Origin: Deltaproteobacteria bacterium
GTDB taxonomy: Bacteria > Myxococcota_A > UBA9160 > SMWR01
Length of the DNA stretch: 64,000 nucleotides
Assembly: GCA_032128375.1 (NCBI GenBank)
Contig: JAQBGU010000232.1
Location: 3,106 to 67,105, forward strand
Reading direction: 5' to 3'
The translations under genes were made by a program, and so were the position numbers. The notes under the pieces were generated by a model. The model saw nothing but the letters and a program-made list of their open reading frames with translations. It searched no databases and had not been told where the DNA came from. Positions 42,172 to 50,954 of the stretch are shown one piece after another. How positions within the stretch are numbered: position 1 is the stretch's first letter; each line of letters begins with the position of its first letter.

Positions 42172-44205
42172 ATGCTGGTTCGAATCGAAGACGTGGGGCG
42201 GAGCTTCGGTGGTCGCTCGCTGTTTGCGGACGTCGGGTTGACGATTCACCGCAATGATCGGATTGGTCTGGTCGGCCCGAATGGGTCGGGCAAGACGACG
42301 CTATTGAACATCGTCGGCGGGGCCGAGCTGCCAGACAGCGGCCGCGTCACGATGCCGAAAGGCGTGAACGTGGGCCTGTTACGCCAGGAGATCGACCCGA
42401 ACCGCGGAAATTCGGTTTCGCAAGAAGTGCTTTCCGTGTTCGAGGAACTCGACACGATCGAGCGCGAACTCCGCGAGCTCGAACGGCGCATGGAGGACCT
42501 CGCCGAGCACCACAGCGAAGTGCCGACCGATCTCGCGACCCGCTATGACATTTGCCGCACGCGATTCGAACTCGGGGGTGGCTTCGACCGTGAAGCGCGT
42601 GTCGAGCGCGTACTCGCGGGCTTGGGGTTCGACAGCGAGCGGACCGCTCGCCCGCTCAGCTCGTTCAGCGGTGGCTGGCTGATGCGCGTCGAACTCGCGA
42701 AGTTGTTGTTGTCGTCACCGGATGTGTTGTTGCTCGACGAGCCGACCAATCATCTCGACCTGCCGTCGATCCAGTGGTTCGAAGAGACCCTGGCCGACTA
42801 CCCGGGCGCCGTCGTGATCATTTCCCACGATCGGACCTTTTTGCGCCGCCATGTCAATCGCGTTGCGGAACTCGAAGTCGGTGGTCTCACGGTCTTCGAT
42901 GGGAATTTCGAGCGCTATCTCAGTCAGAAGGCGTTGCGCAGCGAGGAGCTACTCGCACGCAAACGGACACAGGACCGCAAGATCGCCGAGACCGAGCGGT
43001 TCATCCAGCGCTTTCGCGCGAAGGCAACCAAGGCGAAGCAGGTCCAGAGTCGTGTGAAGCAACTCGACAAGATCGAACGCGTCGAGGTTGTAAGCGGCGA
43101 TCCGAAACGCATGCGGCTGAAAATACCGAAAGTGGTTCGCGCGGGAGAATCGATTCTCAAGCTGGAAGGCATCGAGAAATCGTACGACGAAACGGTCGTA
43201 TACACCGGGGTGGATCTGGCGATTCGTCGCGGCGACAAGATCGCTCTGGTTGGACCGAATGGAGCCGGCAAGTCGACGCTGCTACGCATCGCTGCTGGGG
43301 TGTTGGCCTTCGATGCGGGCGAACGGACGCTGGGCCACAACGTGACCGTCGCGTTCTTTGCGCAGCACCAGATCGAGGCGCTCAATCCCCACAACAACGT
43401 GCTCGAAGAACTGGAGACTGCTGCCCAACTGGACGACATCCCGCGTTTGCGGGGCCACCTGGGTGCGTTCCTTTTTTCCGGCGACGACGTCAAGAAGAAG
43501 ATCAGCGTGTTATCGGGCGGTGAGAAGTCGCGCGTCGCGCTCGCCAAACTCCTGCTGCGGCCGGCGAATTTCCTCGTGCTCGACGAGCCCACCAACCATC
43601 TCGATCTGGTGTCGCGCGAAGTGCTCGAAGAAGGGCTCGCGAGTTACACCGGTTCAATGCTGCTGATTTCGCACGATCGGACGTTTCTCAATGCGCTGGT
43701 GAACCGCACCGTAGAGGTCGATCACGGTAGGCTGGTCGGCTACCCGGGCAACTACGACGACTACCTGCACCGCAAGTCCCCAGCATCGCGACCGGGCGCC
43801 GCGTCGACAGCGCCAACTGCTGCTTCCCCACTCACCAAGCTCGCCGACGCCAATGCGCCCGCGCAGCCCGCGGAGACGTCGACACCCACACTTCCCGAAG
43901 TACCGGTTGCACCGCAGATGACCAAGCGGGAGAGAATTGCCGCGCGGGCCGAGACCAAAGAGCGCGATCGCCGCTACCAGCGAGCGGTCAAGCGTCTGGC
44001 GGAAGCCGAGGCAGGTATCCGGGAGCGCGAAGAGCGGCTCGAGCAGCTGTCGTGGCGGCTGGGTGACCCAGAAATCCACCGGAACATCGAACTCCAGCGC
44101 CAGATCGAAGCCGACCGAGACGCATTGAAGGACGCAGTCGCCCAGCTCTACGTCGAGTGGGAGCGGATCGCGGCCGAGATCGAATCCGCGGAACAGGTCG
44201 AGTAA
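42172..44205 (+). CDS. ABC-F family ATPase (duplicated ABC cassette, no TMD)
   Basis: Two Walker A (GPNGSGKTT, GPNGAGKST), two signatures (FSGGWLMR, LSGGEKSR), two Walker B (LLLDEPTNHLD, LVLDEPTNHLD), an inter-domain linker and a C-terminal coiled coil. Confidence 0.9.
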   Translation: MLVRIEDVGRSFGGRSLFADVGLTIHRNDRIGLVGPNGSGKTTLLNIVGGAELPDSGRVTMPKGVNVGLLRQEIDPNRGNSVSQEVLSVFEELDTIERELRELERRMEDLAEHHSEVPTDLATRYDICRTRFELGGGFDREARVERVLAGLGFDSERTARPLSSFSGGWLMRVELAKLLLSSPDVLLLDEPTNHLDLPSIQWFEETLADYPGAVVIISHDRTFLRRHVNRVAELEVGGLTVFDGNFERYLSQKALRSEELLARKRTQDRKIAETERFIQRFRAKATKAKQVQSRVKQLDKIERVEVVSGDPKRMRLKIPKVVRAGESILKLEGIEKSYDETVVYTGVDLAIRRGDKIALVGPNGAGKSTLLRIAAGVLAFDAGERTLGHNVTVAFFAQHQIEALNPHNNVLEELETAAQLDDIPRLRGHLGAFLFSGDDVKKKISVLSGGEKSRVALAKLLLRPANFLVLDEPTNHLDLVSREVLEEGLASYTGSMLLISHDRTFLNALVNRTVEVDHGRLVGYPGNYDDYLHRKSPASRPGAASTAPTAASPLTKLADANAPAQPAETSTPTLPEVPVAPQMTKRERIAARAETKERDRRYQRAVKRLAEAEAGIREREERLEQLSWRLGDPEIHRNIELQRQIEADRDALKDAVAQLYVEWERIAAEIESAEQVE

Positions 44206-44360
44206 CGGCGGGCGCGCTTGTCGATGCAACGGCCCTGATGCCGGCGTTTCACGCACGCCGTTCAATATTCATGACTGAGCAAGCAACGGCTGGCTGGTGG
44301 GAGTGGTGCGAACGCACAAATGGCCGTCACGGCTCCAGCCGACGGTCGGACTTCCTATTC

Positions 44361-44384
44361 CGAACGAACGGCCGAACGAACGGC
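44361..44384. repeat. 12-bp tandem repeat x2 (CGAACGAACGGC)
   Basis: Read directly. It lies in the 3' part of the doubtful minus-strand ORF 44327-44545 (PFVRPFVR). Confidence 0.7.
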
Positions 44385-44560
44385 TGACAGCTCAGTCGCC
44401 CGCGCGCTTCCGCGCAGTCAGCCGAAACACCCGCCCACTCTGCGTCTCCTGTGGTGATCTTCACGACTAGCGGACCCTCGAGACCCTCGAGCGGTTCGTG
44501 GCCAGCACCGATCGCAAGGCCGCGAAAAGCCAGACTTTTCATCACGTCACAGCCAAGCTA

Positions 44561-44596
44561 AAATGTGAACAATCCATCGACTAATTGCTCACATTT
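44561..44596. promoter_or_regulatory. 13-bp inverted repeat, candidate TetR operator
   Basis: AAATGTGAACAAT-N10-ATTGCTCACATTT (12/13 complementary). It lies 33 nt upstream of the GTG start of the TetR gene at 44629. Confidence 0.5.
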
Positions 44597-44628
44597 CGTG
44601 TCCGAATCGCTCCAGCATCGGAGACAGC

Positions 44629-45321
44629 GTGGCCCGCAGCCGAAAGACATCCCCGTTATTCGACGCCCGACGCACTCCGACCCAGAACCGCTCGCAGGTC
44701 ACGCTCGAGATCATCCTCGAGGCGGCTGCGCAGGTCTTCTCTGAGCACGGGTACGCGGCCGGCACCACCAACCGCATCGCTCAGCGGGCGGGAGTTTCCG
44801 TCGGATCGTTCTACCAGTACTTCCCCAACAAGGACGCCGTACTGGTGGCACTCGTCGAGAGCCGGGTTGCCGCGGGCATGCGAAGTGTCGAGACGTTGCT
44901 GTCCGATGCGGTCGGCACCGAATTCGATCTCGAATCGTTGCTGCGTTCTTTCGTCACCGCGATGGTCACGCTTCACGGGCAAGAGCCCGACTTGCACCGC
45001 GTCTTGTTCGAAGAAGCCCCGCATCCGCCCGAAATGCACGAATGTGTGCTGCAAACTGAGGAAGCGCTCGCGCACACCTGGTTGTCCATTTTGCGGCAGT
45101 TGCCCGCCATCGTAGTCAGCGACGCGGATACCGCCGCTCACCTGGTCGTGCAACTCACCGAGGCGCTGACCCATCGCTTTGTGCTGCACGGGCTGCACGA
45201 TTTATCGACGGAAACATTCATCGAAGAGGTTGTGACGCTACTGAAGCGCTACTTGATGGATCCCACACTCTCAACCGATCTGCCTCGAGGAGGCCCCCAA
45301 TGCCCGAATTCTGCAACGTAG
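44629..45321 (+). CDS. TetR-family transcriptional regulator
   Basis: ILEAAAQVFSEHGYAAGTTNRIAQRAGVSVGSFYQYFPNKDAV is a TetR HTH. Confidence 0.85.
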   Translation: MARSRKTSPLFDARRTPTQNRSQVTLEIILEAAAQVFSEHGYAAGTTNRIAQRAGVSVGSFYQYFPNKDAVLVALVESRVAAGMRSVETLLSDAVGTEFDLESLLRSFVTAMVTLHGQEPDLHRVLFEEAPHPPEMHECVLQTEEALAHTWLSILRQLPAIVVSDADTAAHLVVQLTEALTHRFVLHGLHDLSTETFIEEVVTLLKRYLMDPTLSTDLPRGGPQCPNSAT

Positions 45322-46076
45322 AAAAAGACGGCAAGATCACGACCGTCACGATCAATCGACCCGACGTGATGAATGCACTCCACCCGTCCGCGAACCGCGA
45401 ACTTGGCGAGGTGTTCGATGACTTCTGCGCGGACCCCTCGCAGTGGATCGCGATCATCACCGGCGCTGGCGAGCGCGCGTTCTCAGCGGGTAACGACCTC
45501 AAACACACGGCCTCGGGCAAAGGTACCCTGGAAATGATGCCGATGGGTTTCGGCGGGTTGACGTCGCGCTACGACAACGACAAGCCGATCATCGCCGCCG
45601 TCAATGGCGTCGCGATGGGCGGCGGTTTCGAGATCGCGCTTGCCTGCGATTTGATCATCGCATCCGACAACGCGGTGTTCGCGCTTCCCGAACCGCGCGT
45701 TGGCCTGGCCGCGTTAGCCGGTGGAATGCACCGGTTGCCTCGGCAGATCCCGCACAAGCAGGCGATGGGGATGCTGCTCACCGGACGCCGCGTCAGTGCG
45801 GCCGAGGGGCGGGAACTCGGTTTCGTCAACGAGGTGGTGCCGCAGGCGGAACTGATGGCAGCTGCGCGCCGCTGGGCAGACCAGATCCTCGAGTGCTCGC
45901 CGCTGAGTGTGCGCGCGACGAAGCAATCGGCGATCGATGGCATGAAAGTGTCGTCTGTCGAGGAGGCGATGGGGTTGCGCTACGACAGCGTCCACAAGCT
46001 GCTGAAGAGCGAAGATTTCATCGAGGGGCCACGCGCGTTCGCCGGCAAGCGCAAGCCGGAGTGGAAGGGTCGCTAA
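45300..46076 (+). CDS. enoyl-CoA hydratase/isomerase (crotonase) family
   Basis: ITTVTINRPDVMNAL, ITGAGERAFSAGNDL, IAAVNGVAMGGGFEIALACD and EGPRAFAGKRKPEW. Confidence 0.9.
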   Translation: MPEFCNVEKDGKITTVTINRPDVMNALHPSANRELGEVFDDFCADPSQWIAIITGAGERAFSAGNDLKHTASGKGTLEMMPMGFGGLTSRYDNDKPIIAAVNGVAMGGGFEIALACDLIIASDNAVFALPEPRVGLAALAGGMHRLPRQIPHKQAMGMLLTGRRVSAAEGRELGFVNEVVPQAELMAAARRWADQILECSPLSVRATKQSAIDGMKVSSVEEAMGLRYDSVHKLLKSEDFIEGPRAFAGKRKPEWKGR

Positions 46077-46136
46077 TGGCCCGGCCGGCACGGGTGGGCT
46101 GATTCTGTACTTGGGGATGAGTGGGGAGTCGATCGA

Positions 46137-47561
46137 GTGCTGTCGAAACTGCCGTCGCAGGCGGGATTGCGGGTCGGAGCGAGCAGAGCGGCGAAAAGGA
46201 CGCTGGTGCTTGTGGTCGCCTGGCTGCTGGGCTGTCGCGCCCAAGCGCCCGCTCCGACGCCGTCGCTGTTGATTCTCGTCACAGTCGATACGCTGCGGGC
46301 GGACCGGCTCGGCGCCTACGGAAGCCGACTCGGTCTGACGCCTCATCTGGATGCTCTGGCCCAGCAGAGTGTCGTGTTCACTTCCGCGTACGCGCCCGCG
46401 TCATTCACGGTCCCGTCCGTCAGCTCGCTGATGACCGGCCGCTACCCGGAAGAACTCGGGATCTGGAAGAACGAATCTGGCTTGCCCGCCTCTGTGGCAA
46501 CGCTCGCCTCCTCGCTGCGCGATCGCGGTTGGCGAACATTGGCTGTCGTCAGCAATTTCGTTCTGCGCAAGGCGTCGGGACTCGATGCCGGCTTCGACCG
46601 CTTCGACGATGCGCTCCCGCAATACGAGGTCGTGCGCAAATGGCCAGAGCGGGTCGGCAAAGATACGACCGATGCCGGGCTCGCAATGCTCGACGGCTGC
46701 GCGACCGGCATCGAGACGCGCTGTTTCCTGTGGGTACACTACCAAGATCCACACGGACCGTATACGCCCGAACCAGAACGCCGTCGACGCTTCCTGGATG
46801 CGGAACGACAGCTTCCGGATGGCGGCCGCCTGCTGCCGGCGCAACCGGGATCTATCGGACTCGGGGGAATTCCGGCCTACCAATTTGTCAGCCGAGTACA
46901 CGAAGTCGCGTTCTACCGCGCCGGCTACGACGCTGAGGTCAACGCGATGGACGAACAGGTTGGGCGTCTTCTCGAGGGCATCGAAGAGCGCGGCCTGAGC
47001 GACCGAGCGGTGCTCGTGTTCGGAGCCGATCACGGTGAATCGCTCGGTGAGAGCGACTACTGGTTCGCGCACGGCGAGCATTTGAGCGACGTGCTGGTGC
47101 GCGTGCCGCTGTTCTTCCGCGTTCCTGGAGAGTCCCCGCAGCGCCGCGACGATGTTGTTTCGTTGGTCGACCTCTATGGCACGCTCGTACGCATGCTTAC
47201 GGGTTCGCCCGCAGAGTCGAACCCGCACGGCCGCGACCTGTTCGCTGATGGCGCGTCACAACAGGCGAGTGCTCCCTACATGGCGACACTCGGTGCATCG
47301 CGTGTCCGCCGCTACGGTCTGGTCGACGCTGGATTCAAATGGATCATCAGCGAAATCGACGACGTTCCGGCAGGCAAGCTGTATCGACTCGGCGACGATG
47401 GGGCCGACCTCGCGGCGTCGAACCCGAAAATGGCTGCTCGGATGCAGGAGCGGTTGGTGGCGGTACGCGGCAAGCTCGATCGCAGTACAGCCGAGCGTCG
47501 GCCCGATCTCAGTGACGACGACCGCGAAAAGCTGCGCGCGTTGGGCTATATCGATGATTGA
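46137..47561 (+). CDS. sulfatase-like alkaline-phosphatase-superfamily lipoprotein (Thr-type)
   Basis: Lipobox VAWLLGC. LILVTVDTLRADRLGAYG. Nucleophile region ASFTVPSVSSLMTGRYP (T-x-P-S-V). FGADHGESLGESDYWFAHG. The C-terminal EKLRALGYIDD resembles the LRALGYLE end of 14204-16138. Confidence 0.8.
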   Translation: MLSKLPSQAGLRVGASRAAKRTLVLVVAWLLGCRAQAPAPTPSLLILVTVDTLRADRLGAYGSRLGLTPHLDALAQQSVVFTSAYAPASFTVPSVSSLMTGRYPEELGIWKNESGLPASVATLASSLRDRGWRTLAVVSNFVLRKASGLDAGFDRFDDALPQYEVVRKWPERVGKDTTDAGLAMLDGCATGIETRCFLWVHYQDPHGPYTPEPERRRRFLDAERQLPDGGRLLPAQPGSIGLGGIPAYQFVSRVHEVAFYRAGYDAEVNAMDEQVGRLLEGIEERGLSDRAVLVFGADHGESLGESDYWFAHGEHLSDVLVRVPLFFRVPGESPQRRDDVVSLVDLYGTLVRMLTGSPAESNPHGRDLFADGASQQASAPYMATLGASRVRRYGLVDAGFKWIISEIDDVPAGKLYRLGDDGADLAASNPKMAARMQERLVAVRGKLDRSTAERRPDLSDDDREKLRALGYIDD

Positions 47562-47567
47562 TTCGCC

Positions 47568-48413
47568 ATGACAGACTGTCGGGACAGCGTACGCGACTTC
47601 TGTCTGCGAATCCTCGAATCGGGTGATCTGTCGGTCAAGCTCGAAGCTCCACCGGCCTCGACCCGGGGGCGCGAAGACGCCGGAAGCATTCCCGCGATCG
47701 CGATCGATCGGCCTGCGCGAAGCGTGGGGCTCGAACTGGCGAGTGGTTCGAGGCCGCTGCCACGGCCCGGTTCACTGACCGAGCCGCTGGCGCGAGCCGA
47801 ATGCCTGGCGCGCTTCGCGCATCACGAACTCATGGCTGTCGAATTGTTTGCCTGGGCGTTGTTGCGTTGGCCACAATTGCCCGGTGCCATGCGGGCGGGG
47901 TTTATCGCTGTGCTGGCGCAAGAACAGGTCCACTGCGCATTGTACGTCGAGCGGCTCGCGGACCACGGCTACGCGTTGTCGGACTTCGCGCTCTCTGACT
48001 ACTTCTGGAAGCACACGCCGGTGATCGCCGCTTCACCTCATGGTCCGGCCGCGTTCCTGTGTGCAATGGGGCTGACGCTCGAACAAGCCAACCTCGACTT
48101 CACGCTGGTGTATCGAGACGGCTTCCGCGAAGCCGGTGACGAGCTATCGGCCAAAGTCTGCCAGTTGATCCACGATGAAGAAATCGAGCACGTGCGACTT
48201 GCGGCACATTGGCTGCGCGAACTCCGACCTGAACCGTCCAGTGATATCGATCGCTATCGCCAGGCGGTGCCATTTCCGTTGTCGGCAGCGCGGGCGAAGG
48301 GGCGCAGATTCGATCGCGCCGCTCGCCGCCAGGCTGGGCTCAGTGACGAATTCATTGAATACGTCCGAACGGCACGGTCGTCTCAAGAACAACCGGGGCA
48401 GCTCGAGCGATGA
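47568..48413 (+). CDS. ferritin-like DUF455 family protein
   Basis: ARFAHHELMAVELFAWALLRW...VLAQEQVHCALYVERL...IHDEEIEHVRLAAHWL shows ExxH-type di-iron motifs typical of DUF455. Confidence 0.7.
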   Translation: MTDCRDSVRDFCLRILESGDLSVKLEAPPASTRGREDAGSIPAIAIDRPARSVGLELASGSRPLPRPGSLTEPLARAECLARFAHHELMAVELFAWALLRWPQLPGAMRAGFIAVLAQEQVHCALYVERLADHGYALSDFALSDYFWKHTPVIAASPHGPAAFLCAMGLTLEQANLDFTLVYRDGFREAGDELSAKVCQLIHDEEIEHVRLAAHWLRELRPEPSSDIDRYRQAVPFPLSAARAKGRRFDRAARRQAGLSDEFIEYVRTARSSQEQPGQLER

Positions 48414-49714
48414 GTGGCAGCCTGTTGATTCCGAATATTGGCGCTGAAGAGAGCCTGGGACTCGAAGCGAGCGACCGCGAGGATGCGGCGCCGGATCTAT
48501 ACATACAGGCAGCAGAGTTCGCGGATCTCGCAGACCCGGTGCTGCAGACTGCTGCTCTTTGGCGTCTGCTGTTCGGTGCGGACGCGAGCTTTGCGGTGCC
48601 GCGCGAAGTCGGGGCGACCGACTTCTGGCCTGCTGAATTTGGTAAGCGGACCCGTGCCCCGGTGTTTAGCTGGCTCGATACGCCGGCCGCGGCTTGGTTG
48701 AACACGACGAAGGCCGAGCGGATCGCCCGGCGGAGCGGCCATGCACTGTTGGGAGCAACACCGGCGGTCGTCGAATTGGTACACGATAAAGCGTTCTCTC
48801 ATCGCGTGGCAGTCGCTGAGGAGTTCTTGCCGGCTCAGCTCGACTCCCTCGTGGAGGTGCTCGAACCCGCAACGTTGCGAAACTCGGCAGGTGCGCGCAG
48901 CTGGATTGTAGACAGCGTCAATCGATGGCCTGATTGGACCGAACGTCGCTTCACGTTGAAGCCGCGTTTCGGGACCAGTGGTCGAGGCCGGGTTGCCGGG
49001 ATTGGCGACCGCATCGCGGCGGGCGATGGCGGTTTTCGGCGGTTGGCGGATTGCGGTGGCGCGATGTTGGAACCTTGGCTTCGCCGGACGACCGATCTCT
49101 CGGCCCAGATGTGGATCGAACCCGATGGACAAATCGTGTTGCTCGGGACGACCGAGCTGGTTGTCGAGCCCTCGGGTTTGTACCGCGGCCACCGCGGAAC
49201 GGTCGACAACAAGGGACGTGTCCATTCCGCGAGCCGCTACGACGAACCGCTGCGCGAAGCTGCTGTCGCCGTCGCTCGAGCGGCATTCGCGGTGGGCTAC
49301 TGGGGGCCCTGTGGTGTCGACGCGTTCGCTTTCCACTCGGATGGTCGGGAGGTGTTCCGACCCATAGTCGAATTCAATGCGAGGTTCACACTGGGAACGC
49401 TGGTCGTCGGGTTGCTGCGACGGGCGCTTCCCCGCATTCGAATGACTCTCTGTGTCGATCCAGGTGGCCTGCGCTCCTTCTATTTCGGCCTCAGCGCGCC
49501 GGCCGCTGGCTGGTCGCAACCCAATCGCGGGTTGCTCGTGCCGCTTTCTTCAGGTGAAATATCTTACGGTCAAGCGTCTTCAAGGAAAGGTTCATCACGA
49601 CACCCCAATGCACCAGCGGCTGGTTTCCACGTAGGACCGGGTCTTGTGCTGGGCATGGACCGCGATGCGCTCGACGAACACCTGGCGCCCCGCTCGGACG
49701 CAGATCACACGTGA
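48410..49714 (+). CDS. hypothetical protein, ATP-grasp-like C-terminal half
   Basis: ATGA-coupled to the DUF455 gene. LKPRFGTSGRGRV, MLEPWL and GPCGVDAF...IVEFNARFT resemble the ATP-grasp Gly-rich loop and E-x-N metal site. Not verified. Confidence 0.5.
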   Translation: MSGSLLIPNIGAEESLGLEASDREDAAPDLYIQAAEFADLADPVLQTAALWRLLFGADASFAVPREVGATDFWPAEFGKRTRAPVFSWLDTPAAAWLNTTKAERIARRSGHALLGATPAVVELVHDKAFSHRVAVAEEFLPAQLDSLVEVLEPATLRNSAGARSWIVDSVNRWPDWTERRFTLKPRFGTSGRGRVAGIGDRIAAGDGGFRRLADCGGAMLEPWLRRTTDLSAQMWIEPDGQIVLLGTTELVVEPSGLYRGHRGTVDNKGRVHSASRYDEPLREAAVAVARAAFAVGYWGPCGVDAFAFHSDGREVFRPIVEFNARFTLGTLVVGLLRRALPRIRMTLCVDPGGLRSFYFGLSAPAAGWSQPNRGLLVPLSSGEISYGQASSRKGSSRHPNAPAAGFHVGPGLVLGMDRDALDEHLAPRSDADHT

Positions 49715-50676
49715 AGCCTCCGTTCGCCCCGTTTCTGACGATTGCGTTGTCGCTTTGCAGCATCGGGTGCACAGCGACGGTCGTCGACAAATCGGCTCGA
49801 TCGCAAGATCCGGCCGTGATGTTCGACGAGCAGATGGAGCGGGCGGAGCGGTTTCACAATCGCAATCTGATTCCCGCCGCCGATCGACACTACGCGGAGG
49901 CGATCAGAAGCGCGCAGGCCTTCGCGCCGGGCGATCCGCGTCGCTCGCGAGCTCACGCACAGCGCGCGGAGTTGCGTCTCGCGATGGGCGATTACGCGGG
50001 GGCCGAAGCGGACTATCGGGCGATCGTCAAGGTCGAGCGCCTGAGAGCGGGTACCCGTGCGAGCCTCTATCTTTCGAATGCGCTCAACAACCTGGCAGTT
50101 TTTTTGATCGACCTGGATCGAATTCCAGAAGCGGTTCGGCTGCTTCGCGAAGCGTTGAACAACCGAATCGAGATCTACGGTGAGGACCACCCGGCGGTGG
50201 CCGTACTGCTTCAAAATTTCGCCGATTCGCAGCGCCGTGCCGGAAACTACCCAGACGCCGAACAGCTCTTCATGCGTGCGCTCGCGATCTACGTGCATTC
50301 GGGCAAAAAGTTCCTTCGCGAGGCCGCCATTGCGCAAAACGGCCTGGCACGGGTCTTCGCAGAAACACATCGACCCGACGACGCCGAGCAGAACCACATA
50401 TCCGCGATTCGTCTGTCGATCAAGGCAGGCGGCGAGAACAACCCAGACGTCGGTGTGTTCTCGCGTGATCTGGCAAATTTGTACACACAAGAGGGGCGTA
50501 CCGATGAAGCTGAGGGGCTCTACAAGGGCTCGATCGCGATCTTACGCGACCAACTCGGCGAGCAGAGCCACCAGCTCAGCAAGACCTACCGCGACTACAG
50601 CAAGATGCTCGCGGCAGTCGGCCGCCGACGCGAATCGGCGAACTTCAGCGCACGAGCCGACGCGACTGGGTTCTGA
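49711..50676 (+). CDS. TPR-repeat lipoprotein
   Basis: GTGA-coupled to the preceding gene. Lipobox LSLCSIGC. About 6 TPR_12-like repeats (ALNNLAVFL...AEQLFMRALAI...). Confidence 0.75.
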   Translation: MKPPFAPFLTIALSLCSIGCTATVVDKSARSQDPAVMFDEQMERAERFHNRNLIPAADRHYAEAIRSAQAFAPGDPRRSRAHAQRAELRLAMGDYAGAEADYRAIVKVERLRAGTRASLYLSNALNNLAVFLIDLDRIPEAVRLLREALNNRIEIYGEDHPAVAVLLQNFADSQRRAGNYPDAEQLFMRALAIYVHSGKKFLREAAIAQNGLARVFAETHRPDDAEQNHISAIRLSIKAGGENNPDVGVFSRDLANLYTQEGRTDEAEGLYKGSIAILRDQLGEQSHQLSKTYRDYSKMLAAVGRRRESANFSARADATGF

Positions 50677-50700
50677 CGGATTCGGAGTCTCCTGGAAATC

Positions 50701-50928
50701 ATGTGGCTGATCTTCCTTCATGGACCACCCGGAGTCGGGAAACTGACAGTGGGCGGCAAGCGGAATTCAGTGGATAGCTACCGCGTGCTCCGCGCGGACG
50801 GGGCGTTCGATGTCCCGTTGCTCCCAGCAGATCTCGTGATCGATATCGGCAGCCGTTCGGCAAGGGAGGCGGCGCAAGAAGTTGTTGAGCAGCTTCAGGT
50901 CTCGGGTTCGGTAGACACACATTTGTGA
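50701..50928 (+). pseudogene. internally deleted P-loop kinase-like remnant
   Basis: 75 aa. MWLIFLHGPPGVGKLTV (Walker A N-terminus of small AAA_33-type kinases) is joined almost directly to a C-terminal-like LVIDIGSRSAREAAQEVVEQL. The ~100-aa core is missing. Confidence 0.4.
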
Positions 50929-50954
50929 TATCGAGCGATCAGGCGCCGCCGACG

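Noticed and set aside
44327-44545. 72-aa minus-strand ORF between the ABC-F and TetR genes as a real gene
   Set aside because: It has no recognisable domain, and its C-terminal third is just a 12-bp repeat read in frame. It is kept only as a note in the TetR-operator finding, not as a feature.
46090-46106. CGGCACGggtgGGCTg upstream of the second sulfatase-like gene as a sigma-54 promoter
   Set aside because: The -12 GC is off by one position and the TTGC core is absent.
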